60,905 bases of DNA from a virus (IMGVR_UViG_3300012942_000050:1-60905); one strand, 5' to 3'; counted from the stretch's first letter, positions 48,625 to 56,909 are shown. Notes: generated by a model from the letters alone, not told the origin. Translations and numbers: made by a program.

Positions 48625-49570
48625 TTTGCCGCAGCATCCGCATGCGGCCTGACAACCTACATATATTCCGGCGTACCTGACAAGGTACGCCCGCGCCCCG
48701 TGCTTTAGTGCGGTATTGGCGAATCTTTCGCAGTACCACGCTCGGCCAGAACTGTGCCTATTGAAAACGCCGTTTGCCTTGTGCATTCGATTGCGTCGAT
48801 ATGGCCAAGTGGCGGCCACGTCATAGCACAACTCCGCACGCAACAAACGTCCCCAATTCCGCACGCCCCCGGCATGCGGAACATTCCACACGGAATCGAC
48901 GTTTACCAATTCCGCACGCCATCGGCATATGCCCAGGCACACGGAATCCCCCATGTCAACAAGCGCCATGCGACGTTGACATAGGCCGTGCGAATCCCTT
49001 CTATGACAAGGGCAGGTGATTGCAGTACCTCATGAACACGGGACGTGAAAAAGGAAACCATCCATTCCATACGCAGCTATCGGTGCTGGTTGCGTGTGTC
49101 CTACGTCAACGTGAATCCGAGCATTCACGGGCGCTTTCAGGAAGGGAATGTCTATCTCACGTGCGCAAGCACGACTCACAGAACACCGTGAGACAAGCGT
49201 GATGGTATAGCCACAGATAACCGGGGCTGTACAGAACGAACCATCATGCCAAGAGGCAATGCAAACCCGACAGTCGAGTGCTGGACAAACGCAACGATCA
49301 GGCTGAGGCCAAGTGGCTGCTTCTCTGTCGTGTGGAATTGATGTGGTGCCTCTACCCGCGACTATTTAGCACGGGCAGCGCACCGGCAAGGCCCTACAAC
49401 CCTTGCCAAGTGTGATTCCATACGAGTCACACATGGTAAGGGTTGCACACCGTGCCTTGAGTAAGCATGCGTATTGCCAAGTGGCGCCTCACTGCCTGGC
49501 GAATGCGCAACCCTAACTCAATTCCGAATCCAATTCCTCACACAGTTGTAACTGCGTGCGGAATTGGAAA
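48625..49570 (+). ncRNA. Candidate large structured non-coding RNA
   Basis: No convincing CDS; at least 12 helices found by eye, several nested and several with G-U pairs on the + strand (see findings). Boundaries approximate. Confidence 0.5.
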
Positions 49571-49829
49571 GTAGATACAAATGTCGATTCAATTCTGAAT
49601 CGGAGTCTGATTTGACTTTTGAATCGAATTGTGATTTGCGGGTACTAGGAATTCCTAGCGGCGGATTTTACTGCCAATAGAACTGGAACGTCAAGCGATT
49701 TCGTGCGGAGTTGGCGCGGAATCGACGTCGGGCGGTCGCGGGGAGCCGCCAAGTGGGGATGGGCGGGAGTTGAGAGTCAATTACGTGTGGAATTGGCCTG
49801 AAATCTGGCTAATTTTTGACCATTTTTCA

Positions 49830-50210
49830 AGCTCCGTTTTATTACCTCCCCTTCCTCCGTTTTTTCGTCGATTTTTTGGGCGAATTTTCTGGTCAATTTT
49901 TGACCACAAAAAACGGAGGTTGAACCCCCAAAAAACGGAGGTTGCTCGCCCACCCCAAGGTTTAGGAACGGAGGTATTGGAACGGAGGTTGCCTTTTTCT
50001 TTATATATATTAAGAAAATCAATTACTTATATATATAAATATTTCGCAGATTTTCAGTTACAAAAACCACACGTGGGAAAAGCTGAATTCGTGCAAAACC
50101 AAAGCTGAACCTTCATTGCGTTTCCCCCGACCTCCTTTTGGTTTTTGGGCACTTTTTAGAATCCGCCTTGGAAATCAAGCACTTGGCAACCTCCACCCAG
50201 TTCCTCCGTT
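49830..50210. other. Origin-of-replication-like region
   Basis: AACGGAGGT at 49912, 49934, 49967, 49981; inverted CTCCGTT copies at 49832, 49855, 50204; AT-rich tract ~49994-50045; IHF consensus at 50017-50029 and 50173-50185. Confidence 0.6.
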
Positions 50211-50439
50211 TTTTCGTGTGATTTGACGGGTGATCAACCTTGGGAGCCGGGCGCCAATTCCGCACGCAACAGCCCCCGCCAAGCCCCAATTACGGGTACA
50301 TACACCCCAAACATACCCCTGAGACCTTGCTAGACCGCCCCAGACGCCCGCAACCCTCCCACCCGCTACCTACGTAGCCATCCACCCTTCCGGCGCCTTG
50401 TGCGCCCGCATTTTCAGTCCTTCAACCTTGGAGACAACC

Positions 50440-50763
50440 ATGTCCAAACTCACTCGAATCCCGAAATCCGTCCAGATCCAGCACCTGCCCTACCTTGGCG
50501 ACCCGAATTTCCGCCCGCAGCCGGTGTTGCGAAAATACCGCATATTCCAGAACGTCGATGGCGTCATGGTCTCCCGTGGCCCCGGTGCCACCACCTTGGA
50601 ACGTGCCTGCGAACGCGCCAGGGAGCTGTCCAATCGCACCCGCAGCAAGGTCGCCGTCTACGATCAAACTCGATCCAGTGGCGAGCGCATGATCAGGCTC
50701 TTCAACAGTGGCGTGGACTACCTGGCCACCCTTGGCACATCCGAGCAGGTCGCCGTCCGTTAA
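50440..50763 (+). CDS. Hypothetical early protein
   Basis: GGAG RBS before MSKLTRIP. Confidence 0.7.
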   Translation: MSKLTRIPKSVQIQHLPYLGDPNFRPQPVLRKYRIFQNVDGVMVSRGPGATTLERACERARELSNRTRSKVAVYDQTRSSGERMIRLFNSGVDYLATLGTSEQVAVR

Positions 50764-50811
50764 TGCAATATCAACGCTGTTTTGCATTACAATCACCTAC
50801 CAATTCCGCAT

Positions 50812-50872
50812 GCAATCGACGTCTAGCACGCAATCGACGTCTAGCACGCAATCGACGTCGAACTTGCAATAG
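50812..50872. repeat. 18-bp tandem repeat
   Basis: GCAATCGACGTCTAGCAC x2, then GCAATCGACGTCGAACTT and a degenerate fourth unit. Confidence 0.85.
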
Positions 50873-50941
50873 AAGACGACGACGTGCTTGCAACCCTGCG
50901 TCGCCTGTTGCGTGTGGAATTGGACCCGAATGGAGAACACC

Positions 50942-51079
50942 ATGAAACCCAGTCACTGGAGCCATCTTGACGACGATTCGGCGAACTGTCTTTACTGGCA
51001 CGCCGTGGTGGCGGTCGTGCTGCTTGTCGCATTCCTTACCTACGTCTGTCTGAACTGGGACGTCATCTTTCGTGGGTAG
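50942..51079 (+). CDS. Small single-TM protein
   Basis: GGAG RBS; hydrophobic AVVAVVLLVAFLTYVCL. Confidence 0.6.
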   Translation: MKPSHWSHLDDDSANCLYWHAVVAVVLLVAFLTYVCLNWDVIFRG

Positions 51080-51133
51080 GTGCGGTTGCGCCGCCCTCTT
51101 CACCCGAAACTGAAACTCTCTGAAGGAGAAATC

Positions 51134-51481
51134 ATGTTCGATCCGGAAACCCTGCGATTGCTCAAGCGCACCCGCGACATCATTGCCGATGAGGCGCATT
51201 GGTGCCAGCACGTCTCTGCGCTGGATATGTATGGCTACCCAACGTCATCCTTGGCTGACGACGCCGGGCAATTCTGCCTGATGGGCGCCATGAGAAAAGC
51301 GCTTGGGTACGTAGTAAGCCCCCTTGAACTAGCGCCTGTGTACCAGGCTGTCAGGGCCGTCCTGGTATCTGATGACGATGATGCCGATACCTTCCGACTG
51401 TCGGAATTCAATGACACACACACCCATGCCGAGGTGCTGTCTGCCTTGGACGCGGCCATTTCCGAATACGAAGGAGAGTAG
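51134..51481 (+). CDS. DUF6197-like protein, paralog 1
   Basis: W.Q...A.D..G...FCLMGA...FNDTHTHAEVL..LDAAI; AAGGAG RBS. Confidence 0.75.
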   Translation: MFDPETLRLLKRTRDIIADEAHWCQHVSALDMYGYPTSSLADDAGQFCLMGAMRKALGYVVSPLELAPVYQAVRAVLVSDDDDADTFRLSEFNDTHTHAEVLSALDAAISEYEGE

Positions 51482-51483
51482 AT

Positions 51484-51840
51484 ATGTATTCAGATCCGAA
51501 GGTTGTGCTCGGTGCGCTCAAGGATGCGCGTGAACTCATTGCAAAGCCGAAGAACTGGACGCAAGGAGTCCTGGCAGCAAATGCGAATGGGGACGAAGTG
51601 GACATCATGGACCTGGCTGCCTGCCAGTTCTGCATGCTGGGCGCAATGTCACTGGCAGCCCTTGAAAGAGAGACATACGATCTGCGACTGAATCTTGATA
51701 TGGAGCGCAAGATACACGAAGTTCTCTTTGCGCAGGGAACGTCCTGTACCATCGCTGACTTCAACGATACGCGCACGCATGCCGAAGTCCTGGCTGTTCT
51801 GGACGAGGCCATTTCCAAACTCGAAGGGGAGATTGAATGA
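51484..51840 (+). CDS. DUF6197-like protein, paralog 2
   Basis: ARELIA.P.NWTQG..A...G...FCMLGA...FNDTRTHAEVL..LDEAI. Confidence 0.75.
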   Translation: MYSDPKVVLGALKDARELIAKPKNWTQGVLAANANGDEVDIMDLAACQFCMLGAMSLAALERETYDLRLNLDMERKIHEVLFAQGTSCTIADFNDTRTHAEVLAVLDEAISKLEGEIE

Positions 51841-52043
51841 ATCTCAATATGGAACCTATCCCGGACTCGAACGAAGGTGATTTCTTAACTAAGAATGAGT
51901 TCCAGGGCTACTTGGATATGGGCGTAATTACGCCTTATGACGGCAGCGGGTATTGGGCGACGGAATCTGGCTTTTCTTGTGCCCACAACTGCTTTGGCCC
52001 TTGTCCCGATTGGGCAACGCATGTGGCCTGGTTCAACAAATAG
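51837..52043 (+). CDS. Hypothetical protein
   Basis: ATGA coupling; DGSGYWAT...PDWATHVAWFNK. Confidence 0.7.
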   Translation: MNLNMEPIPDSNEGDFLTKNEFQGYLDMGVITPYDGSGYWATESGFSCAHNCFGPCPDWATHVAWFNK

Positions 52044-52053
52044 GATGTGAAAA

Positions 52054-52398
52054 ATGAACGTCAACACCATCATTGAAATGCTGGAAGTCCTGGAATCCCA
52101 GGCTTGGGGTGCGCAATGGGACGAAGTAGCAAACACCCTTAGCAACGCCAAAGTCGAGATCATTAACTATCGGGATGTACAGAATGCATCGGATCGAGAT
52201 GCTGACTGGCTCAACCAGTTTTGGAGAAGGGGTACCGAGGGGTCTTGGGCGTATTCCACGGTTTCCGCGATCAAGCAGTATCGGGAGGAAGCCGGGGTGA
52301 GTTTGAAATTGGCAAAAGACAAGATTCTCGCCTTGAAAGCGTTGTACGGGTGCGAGATTTGCCCGCCCGATGCCTATCCTCGTCATGAGGAGATTTGA
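52054..52398 (+). CDS. Hypothetical protein with ribosomal L7/L12 C-terminal-like motif
   Basis: AIKQYREEAGVSLKLAKD resembles the L7/L12 CTD-like motif seen in phage proteins. Confidence 0.6.
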   Translation: MNVNTIIEMLEVLESQAWGAQWDEVANTLSNAKVEIINYRDVQNASDRDADWLNQFWRRGTEGSWAYSTVSAIKQYREEAGVSLKLAKDKILALKALYGCEICPPDAYPRHEEI

Positions 52399-52399
52399 C

Positions 52400-52615
52400 G
52401 TGCAAATTCAGGAACTATGGAAAGCCCATGAGCGCATGAATGGCCTGCGTAACCTGCTTGGCTATGTGGAGAACGGTTCTGACACCGTTGTCACGATCTT
52501 TCAGGACGATGCTACCAAGGACTTCATTGTCAAAGTGGGTAAGTGCACCTATTACGCCACAACCTTGGGCAAGGCATTGGATGAAGCGATTTCAGATCTG
52601 GACAGAGAGGTTTGA
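52400..52615 (+). CDS. Hypothetical protein
   Basis: GAGGAG RBS, GTG start; LGYVENGSD..V.I.QDDATK. Confidence 0.7.
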   Translation: MQIQELWKAHERMNGLRNLLGYVENGSDTVVTIFQDDATKDFIVKVGKCTYYATTLGKALDEAISDLDREV

Positions 52616-52616
52616 C

Positions 52617-52964
52617 ATGATTTCGACTTACAAGGAGTTGCTTGCCGCCATGAAGGCGGCGCGTGATTTGATTTCCGATCATCACCGGTGGTGCCGGGGG
52701 ACGATGGCAATGGATTCCAGGGGGAACCACCTGGATTCAGCGAAAAGTTATGGCGCATGCCGATTCTGTGGCGTGGGTGCCTGGGAGAGGTGCTCGGCTC
52801 CCCACCTAAGCGTCATCACCCCTGGCCTTCAGATGCTGAATTCCAAGTCAGTGGATATGTACGGCCCCCACAACCACCTGCCCGCTGTCAACGATGGGCT
52901 TGGGAGGCAAGACGTGCTGAAGGTGTTTGACGCCGTGATTGCGGACCTGGAGGAGAAGTCATGA
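52617..52964 (+). CDS. DUF6197-like protein, paralog 3
   Basis: ARDLISD..RWCRG..A.D..G...FCGVGA...VND...DVLKVFDAVI. Confidence 0.72.
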   Translation: MISTYKELLAAMKAARDLISDHHRWCRGTMAMDSRGNHLDSAKSYGACRFCGVGAWERCSAPHLSVITPGLQMLNSKSVDMYGPHNHLPAVNDGLGRQDVLKVFDAVIADLEEKS

Positions 52965-53314
52965 AGTCGTCCGAACTATTGAGAGCGTGCAAGGAATACT
53001 TGTGGGATGGTGTCTCACCCCGTAATGAGGTACTCGAAGATTCGACCATGATCTGCACCGCCCTAGGTTATGCGTGGGAGGCCGGGTTTCAATCTGCTGA
53101 TCCGCAGTGCTTGAAACTTGAGGAGGTCAGGAAGGATATAGCGGACAGACTGGAAGGGAGTGCCACCTATCAGATCTGGTTGCTGGCGCATCATCGTGAT
53201 TTGTACGTTCAGGCTCAAGGCGTAAGTCGCGGGCATCTGTACCGGGAGGTACAGCGTGGGCGCCACGCTTGGGTCGATGCGTTGATAGCCGAGTACGAGG
53301 CGAAGGGAGATTGA
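52961..53314 (+). CDS. Hypothetical protein
   Basis: GGAG RBS, ATGA overlap. Confidence 0.7.
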   Translation: MKSSELLRACKEYLWDGVSPRNEVLEDSTMICTALGYAWEAGFQSADPQCLKLEEVRKDIADRLEGSATYQIWLLAHHRDLYVQAQGVSRGHLYREVQRGRHAWVDALIAEYEAKGD

Positions 53315-53315
53315 C

Positions 53316-53678
53316 ATGACGAATCAGGAAATTTTTGACAAGGTGCTGGGGCATCTTCGGTCGCAGTGGGTGAATGACGACGACAACAACCTGATTGAAC
53401 TCCGGATCATAGATCGAGTGCTGCGCATGGCGCTTGAACGTGGCTATGCCGTGAGCGTCCATGACAGTGTGGACTGGGTGTTGGTGCGTAGTCGTTCGCA
53501 TGTGGCCATTTTGAATGTGATGTTTGCAACGGATTACGAGATGCTTGTGTTTTGGGATGGGGCGGGTCGGCGCGTCGGGTTCATGACATTCGTGTATGGC
53601 AACGGTGAGGATGTTATCTCCGACCATACGGATAACGCTGTGATGCAAGAGCTGTTTGATTACGCGACGGGAGATTGA
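53316..53678 (+). CDS. Hypothetical protein, chimeric N-terminus shared with the 55526 gene
   Basis: MTNQEIFDKVLGHLRSQ head on an unrelated body. Confidence 0.7.
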   Translation: MTNQEIFDKVLGHLRSQWVNDDDNNLIELRIIDRVLRMALERGYAVSVHDSVDWVLVRSRSHVAILNVMFATDYEMLVFWDGAGRRVGFMTFVYGNGEDVISDHTDNAVMQELFDYATGD

Positions 53679-53679
53679 T

Positions 53680-53802
53680 ATGTACGAGATCGGGCGAGCG
53701 ATGATGATGCGCCTTGGCGACATCCTGACAGGCTTGGCAATCGGCGTGGCCTTCACATGGGTGTTTATTCACATTCTGGAATTTTTTGGCGTCCAAATTT
53801 GA
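53680..53802 (+). CDS. 40-aa membrane peptide (not in ORF track)
   Basis: GGAG RBS; MYEIGRAMMMRLGDILTGLAIGVAFTWVFIHILEFFGVQI. Confidence 0.55.
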   Translation: MYEIGRAMMMRLGDILTGLAIGVAFTWVFIHILEFFGVQI

Positions 53803-53822
53803 CAAAGTAGCGGAGGTTTTGC

Positions 53823-54188
53823 ATGAATACGATTGAAGGTAGTGTGAAAGTGGAAATTCTCAAGCGTGCGCGGGAGCTGATTGCGAACCCTTGTAACTGG
53901 GTACAGGGGGCTTATGTCGTGGATCGTACAGGAGTGTCTGTTCCTATTTGTTCAAGCAGAGCGGTTGCATTCTGTTCAATTGGCGCCGTCATGCGCGTCA
54001 CCAACAAGATATTAAAACTGGATGGTTCAGTCGGAGTGGATGACGAGAATGATGCGATTGATGCCCTAGACGATGCTGCACGTTATTTTGGCGCTGACTC
54101 AGCGCCAGACCTGAACGACACCTCGACCCATGCGGAAGTGTTGCAGATGTTTGATCTGGCCATTTCCAACATGGAGAGTCAGCTATGA
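53823..54188 (+). CDS. DUF6197-like protein, paralog 4
   Basis: ARELIANPCNWVQG...D..G...FCSIGA...LNDTSTHAEVL..FDLAI; GGAGG RBS. Confidence 0.75.
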   Translation: MNTIEGSVKVEILKRARELIANPCNWVQGAYVVDRTGVSVPICSSRAVAFCSIGAVMRVTNKILKLDGSVGVDDENDAIDALDDAARYFGADSAPDLNDTSTHAEVLQMFDLAISNMESQL

Positions 54189-54442
54189 GTGGCCAACTCC
54201 GCACGCAATTCCCCAACGCCACCGACGACGAGTGGCAGAAGATCGAACGCCTCTACGACCTCTGCAACGAGCGCCATTTCGTCGCCTTCACGCGAGGCAA
54301 CGCCATGACTGAGATTGCAGTGCTGGCCGACTTCAACCTGACGGCGGACGAAATGCGCAAGGAGATTCGGCGCATTGTCAGCGAGTGCGATGCCTCGATA
54401 TATCTGCGCCGCGTCAAACCCAGGAAGGAATCCCATGAGTAA
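54185..54442 (+). CDS. Hypothetical protein
   Basis: GGAG RBS and ATGA overlap. Confidence 0.65.
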   Translation: MSGQLRTQFPNATDDEWQKIERLYDLCNERHFVAFTRGNAMTEIAVLADFNLTADEMRKEIRRIVSECDASIYLRRVKPRKESHE

Positions 54443-54818
54443 GAAACTGCAGTGCATTCATGCCGACACATGCCTGTCGGACTACTGGGGCGGGCACCAC
54501 CTGGCGCATGTGGCTGTACCAGTGTGGCCAGGCATGACGATTCAACAGCTTCGGGATGCGTTGCATACCGAAGTGACAGTGGGAGCGGTTATGGGATCCA
54601 CGGTGGCGGCAAGGCTGCTTTCAGAAGACCTGTCCAACCCCAGCGATCAAGCCTTGTCTGAGGAGATCAATCGTGAAGCGCACGCGGCGATTGACCGTGA
54701 CGTGGCGATGTCAAGGCCGGATAAGGAGTACCCATTCGAAGACCTGGAGGATTGCCAACCTGATGAGGGTCCAGACGTCATGGCTTATTTTGTTTTCGGA
54801 GAGGTCGAGGATGAGTAA
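54435..54818 (+). CDS. Hypothetical protein
   Basis: AAGGA RBS; H.DTCLSDYWGGHH motif; acidic tail. Confidence 0.7.
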   Translation: MSKKLQCIHADTCLSDYWGGHHLAHVAVPVWPGMTIQQLRDALHTEVTVGAVMGSTVAARLLSEDLSNPSDQALSEEINREAHAAIDRDVAMSRPDKEYPFEDLEDCQPDEGPDVMAYFVFGEVEDE

Positions 54819-55008
54819 GAAATCCGAAACCATCCTGATCTGGCTGGCCGCACTTGTTGCGGCCATTCTTTTATCCAACCCGTCCCACGCCTTAGAGTCT
54901 GGCCCGTACCTGGAGCGTAGCCTGACCTGGACGTGTGACACCACTTGGCGAGTCGGCCCGTACCTGGAGTCCAGCTTGTCCCATCACGTTAATGAGGAGC
55001 TGATATGA
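54811..55008 (+). CDS. Small signal-peptide-like protein with internal duplication
   Basis: MSKKSETILIWLAALVAAILLSNPSHA; GPYLE repeated. Confidence 0.5.
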   Translation: MSKKSETILIWLAALVAAILLSNPSHALESGPYLERSLTWTCDTTWRVGPYLESSLSHHVNEELI

Positions 55009-55511
55009 ACACAGTCAAGAACGAGTCGCCCATGGAGTACAACGCAACAATCGACTGCGTATGGGTTTGTGGAGAGCAGGGAGACGAGATCATTGAGCGT
55101 GCCAAGCAAATTTTGGAGGGCCGGCTTGTCGAGGGGCGTCTTCTCGACAAACCGGGCGTGGTACGGGACTTCCTCATCATGTCCATCGAGGATCCGTTTG
55201 CCGAGCACTTCCGCGCCGTCTGGGTGGATGCCAGCTTGCGCCATCTGTCGCGTGAAACACTGTTTAAAGGCACGTTGACACAATCGTCGGTGTATCCGCG
55301 TGAGGTGGTGCGCCGCGCCCTGACGGTGGGTGCCTATGGCGTGTTCCTGTGTCACAACCATCCGAGTGGCGACGTGCAGCCCAGTGAAGCGGATGTGCAG
55401 TTGACGAAGACGTTGAAGAAGGCGCTGGCACTGGTGGATGTTCGAGTGCTGGATCACATCATCGTGGGCGGTGGCAAGTCATTGTCCATGGCCGAACGTG
55501 GACTTATTTGA
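55005..55511 (+). CDS. radC: RadC-family JAB domain protein
   Basis: E.F, LFKGTL....VYPREV, HNHPSG...PSEAD...T..L..AL..VDVRVLDHIIVG. Confidence 0.93.
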   Translation: MNTVKNESPMEYNATIDCVWVCGEQGDEIIERAKQILEGRLVEGRLLDKPGVVRDFLIMSIEDPFAEHFRAVWVDASLRHLSRETLFKGTLTQSSVYPREVVRRALTVGAYGVFLCHNHPSGDVQPSEADVQLTKTLKKALALVDVRVLDHIIVGGGKSLSMAERGLI

Positions 55512-55525
55512 AGGAGGTTTGAATC

Positions 55526-55948
55526 ATGACGAATCAGGAAATTTATGACAAGGTGCTGACGCATCTGCGTCGGCAGGGGCGTGCCGCCGTCGCCATCGAA
55601 GACGGTGAACCTAGCTGTAGGTATCGAGACGGACTTGGAGGTATGTGCGCCGTGGGTTGCTTGATCCCGGACGAGGTGTACACACCGGAAATAGAGGGGG
55701 AAGGGGTATTTTCAGTTGGGCGCCTTCTGAGAGGAGAGCTCACTGCAGAGAGGAAGCCGTATGTCAAGGTGCTTTGGGATGTTCTCAAAAGGGTTGGGAT
55801 CACTGAAGATCAGTTAGGACTATTGCGGAGACTGCAATCCGCACACGACGAGGATCTGAACGGTTTTGGAATGGATGATTGGGAGGCGGAGATGTCGGCT
55901 ATTGCCGACGATTTCGACCTTCACTATACACCGGCGACAGGAGAATGA
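55526..55948 (+). CDS. Hypothetical Cys-containing protein (QEI.D family)
   Basis: MTNQEIYDKV..HL..Q, CRYR...CAVGCLI.DE.Y...EG, LQSAHD; AGGAGG RBS. Confidence 0.75.
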   Translation: MTNQEIYDKVLTHLRRQGRAAVAIEDGEPSCRYRDGLGGMCAVGCLIPDEVYTPEIEGEGVFSVGRLLRGELTAERKPYVKVLWDVLKRVGITEDQLGLLRRLQSAHDEDLNGFGMDDWEAEMSAIADDFDLHYTPATGE

Positions 55949-56205
55949 GCATGGCCGAGATTCGCAAAGTGACGATTTTTCTGGATGCCGTCAAGCAACA
56001 AGAGATCATCCAGGCAACTGGCGCCAAGGAGTTCTTTGAAGCGCTTGGCTACTTGTCAACGTGGAACATGACTTTCGACGAAGTACACATCCAGAGCGAC
56101 GGCGACCTGGATTTGCTGGCCATGTTCTGGAAGGAAGGTGCGCAGCAACCTGGTTATGTCATTGGCGCCGTGTGGCACGACGATCACTACGGCTTTCATT
56201 CGTAG
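55945..56205 (+). CDS. Hypothetical protein
   Basis: AGGAG RBS; ends YVIGAVW....GFHS. Confidence 0.7.
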   Translation: MSMAEIRKVTIFLDAVKQQEIIQATGAKEFFEALGYLSTWNMTFDEVHIQSDGDLDLLAMFWKEGAQQPGYVIGAVWHDDHYGFHS

Positions 56206-56214
56206 GGGACGGCC

Positions 56215-56646
56215 ATGGATAAGGAAGAGATGTTGGATCATTTGAGGTACAAACTCGGACTCGAATTGCTGAGCACGTGGATTCCTGGGCGCACAGACAC
56301 GTCGGATTGGTTGAAGGGCTCCAGACATTTCGTGTGTCAATTGGATCGTCGCGGTGTTGGTGCTCCTGATCCTTACGTCTTTCAGTTCAGCATGGGGTCC
56401 GCTTACAAGTATGGGCCTAAGCTGCTGGATGTCTTCAATTGCTTGCTGGAGGACGCCAGGAGTGCCGATGATTCCAGAGACGAGTGGGAGATGGCACAGG
56501 AATTTGGTATGGAGATTAAATCCAAGGCTGATTGGGTTCGCGCTGTGAATATGTACGCTGAATGTCAGCGGGCGCGGGAGTGGTTGAAAAAGACATTCAC
56601 GCCGCCGCAGTTGGACAGCCTCTACGCCATGTTTGCTAGTTACTAA
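56215..56646 (+). CDS. Hypothetical protein
   Basis: AGGGG RBS; DVFNCLL.DA...E.A.EFG motif. Confidence 0.7.
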   Translation: MDKEEMLDHLRYKLGLELLSTWIPGRTDTSDWLKGSRHFVCQLDRRGVGAPDPYVFQFSMGSAYKYGPKLLDVFNCLLEDARSADDSRDEWEMAQEFGMEIKSKADWVRAVNMYAECQRAREWLKKTFTPPQLDSLYAMFASY

Positions 56647-56891
56647 TGATGGAGGAAGGTATGAAACAGTATCAGGCCTATGGTATGGCAGGGTCTGTGG
56701 TGGACGCGACGCCACGGCGAGCGGCGGCAGCGTATTTCTCGAATTATCCAAAGAGCCGCAAGTGCGACGTGATCGAGGGCGTCCAGGACGGGCACTTCTT
56801 TACGGTCACGTATGGGAAGGCGTCCGAGGGCAAGTGGCCGTCCTCGTACAAGGGCGTAACCAAGGGCACGCTGAACGAGCTTCCGGATTGA
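56646..56891 (+). CDS. Hypothetical protein
   Basis: GGAGG RBS before MKQYQA (likely start 56661). Confidence 0.65.
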   Translation: MMEEGMKQYQAYGMAGSVVDATPRRAAAAYFSNYPKSRKCDVIEGVQDGHFFTVTYGKASEGKWPSSYKGVTKGTLNELPD

Positions 56892-56909
56892 AGCTAATTG
56901 CTTATTAAT

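Noticed and set aside
48829-48919. CCAATTCCGCACGC copies as CRISPR repeats
   Set aside because: Only 14 bp, irregular spacing and mixed orientation across the region.
47241-49760. Frequent GCCAAG(TG) words
   Set aside because: GCCAAG/CTTGGC is common throughout (Ala-Lys codons) and I cannot establish enrichment without a k-mer count.
48607-50108. ORFs 48607-48969, 48754-48984, 48774-49019, 49020-49202, 49770-50108, 49777-50022
   Set aside because: No convincing RBS, atypical composition, and overlap with repeat and hairpin elements.
50812-50872. Possible mini-CRISPR array
   Set aside because: Repeats are tandem with no unique spacers, too short, and no cas genes are present.
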